Assembly (NCBI RefSeq): GCF_009914755.1
Contig: NC_060926.1
Length of the DNA: 64,000 nucleotides
Strand: one strand, 5' to 3'
Source: the human T2T-CHM13v2.0 reference genome, Homo sapiens
This document shows positions 45,287 through 64,000 of this stretch, in pieces. Made by a program: the position numbers and the translations under genes. The notes beneath the pieces are model-generated. The model was not told the origin of the DNA. It saw nothing but the letters and a program-made list of their open reading frames with translations, and did not search any database. Each line of letters opens with the position of its first letter. Positions within the stretch are counted from its first letter, which is position 1.

Positions 45287-46231
45287 GTAAGGCAACCTGG
45301 TGGGAACACATGGAGACCTTAGGTGGTGCGAGGGGACGGGGTCCTCTGCTTTTCTCGGGCAACTTGGGGCCTCCTGGAGCACCTTGGTACGGGCTCGAAG
45401 GGGAGGCTTGACACTCTGGATAGCGTGAGAAGTGCTGGGAGCCCAGTGTGTCTGCCCTGGGCCTCCAGGGAGAGACTTTTGCAGGCCCTGCCCCAGACAA
45501 TGGCTCTCTCAGTCTCCTACCTGTGGCTAGCCCCATCCCACTTTGGGTGTCACCATCCCAATTGCCCTGGAACTTCTAGAGTTAAAACCAGGACAGTGCT
45601 GGGCAGACCGGGACTAGTTGGTCTCCCTGACCTCACTCCCCGAGCCCCCTCCCCACCAGCTCATCTCTTTGCCCGTGCGTTCTTCATCTGAAGTGTTTTT
45701 TTCTTTGTGTCACCATTCCTCTGACACTCCTGGGACCTCCGGGTCCTGCCTCCTGGCTCCTAGCATATGAGCAACAGCCACCAGCAATTGAATGGGCACA
45801 CACAGAGGCAAGGGCAGAGGCAAGGGGCTGGAGGTGGCAGGGCCTTAGGTCCTGGGCCATGCCGGGCCACCCTAGCATGCACCTCTGCCCCATCTCCCCT
45901 CTACCCGGAGCTGCCCCATTGGCCTCCCCAGCCACTGTGGGCCCATTCAGCAGAACTAGGGATGGGAGCTAGCTGCAGACCAGGCTCTGAGGACACACTG
46001 GCTGCTGTCTTCTCGGGACATCATCTGCTGGGGCAGAGCCTTTGGGCTGGAGGGTCTTGGCGGGTGTCCATTCCCTCTTCTATCATGAGCCTGGGAAGCA
46101 GGAGGATGTCCTTTGTCTGAGGGGTGGGACTTCACCCCCACTGCCCCACCACATTCCTGTCCAGCTCAGAGCTGCACGACTGGGAACTAGGAGCCGTGGC
46201 AGCACCCCACTTACAACAGAGCCGCAACTCA

Positions 46232-49640
<3,409 letters not shown>

Positions 49641-49896
49641 TCATTCATCCATCTCTCACTCCTTCCCTCCCCCTCTCTTCCTTATTGAGCAAAGTCACTG
49701 TGCTAGACACTGCGGATTTGGTACTAAACAAGCGGAAATGGTCCCTGAGTGGGGAGTAACCCTCTGTGCTCCCCCAGGCCCCTGAGCCTGCGACCTCCTG
49801 GCACTGTTGGGAGTTCTCTAGGGGCAGGCTGGAAGGGCAGCATCCGAACTCAGGGTGCCCCTGCTCCCAACGCCTTCTCCCCCAGGCTCACTCACC

Positions 49897-63482
<13,586 letters not shown>

Positions 63483-63689
63483 TGATTCCTGCAGGCCATT
63501 CTGTCTCTTTGGGATATATGACCTGCTGATTTAGAAAGGGGCTAGAGGAGGCTTAGAATAGAAAGTAAGGCTGCACTAAGGCCATTAGGCCTCTGGTGAG
63601 AGGGAAGAAGTCTATCAAAAACCAAGGCTAATTATAGTGCCTTGTTTGTGCACTACATTTAGAGCAAAGCTGCTGGATAGTATAGGTAA

Positions 63690-63815
63690 GAAATGTACTG
63701 ATTACTTAAATTAAAATTAAACACAGTTCAAAATTCAGTTTGTCACTAGCCACATGTGGCAGCTGGCTACTGTGTTGGGCAGCAGAGGTGAGAATGTTCT
63801 CATCATTGCAGCAAC
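63690..63815. mobile_element. MER3/MER33-like hAT relic
   Basis: 'aaaattcagtt...ctagccacatgtggcagctggctactgtgttgggcagcag' resembles these families as I recall them. Confidence 0.5.
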
Positions 63816-64000
63816 ATGGTGGATCCTCCATGCCAGCTGAAACATGTTGGTTCTAAAGGACTGACAAATGTCTTCCTGGTGCTAAATTCTAAGCAAAATG
63901 GGTCATGTGTGTGGTCCTTACCTGAGGGATGGTGTGCCAACCTCCCACGGGGTGTTTCCTAAACTGGCCCCACATAGAAGCAAGGGGCAGATACCCACAA

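Overview
Primate (human-like) genomic DNA that I recognise from the encoded proteins as the chr2q35 locus. Three protein-coding genes lie in tandem on the + strand. SLC11A1/NRAMP1 has 15 coding exons (ATG 8499 to TAG 21163, 550 aa, complete). CTDSP1/SCP1 has 7 coding exons (ATG 26220 to TAG 30555, 261 aa, complete), a candidate alternative first exon at 24542, and hosts MIR26B in intron 4. VIL1/villin-1 has a non-coding exon 1 at ~45243-45286 and coding exons 2-17 covering codons 1-720; the headpiece exons lie beyond the window. All exon boundaries were read by hand from GT/AG sites and sum to intact reading frames. The rest is very Alu-dense, with older L1, LTR and DNA-transposon relics, three CpG islands and several microsatellites. 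Most ORF-track entries are Alu or GC-rich artefacts. I found no new protein-coding system, and the locus is well studied. The best leads are regulatory: an Alu-born 74-nt poison exon with a nearby inverted Alu partner, a miR-124 site with near-complete pairing, a uORF in CTDSP1, an Alu-derived intronic poly(A) signal that could give half-length villin, an orphan CpG island, and nuclear-receptor half-site arrays in VIL1 introns. Gene and repeat-family names come from recall, not database searches.
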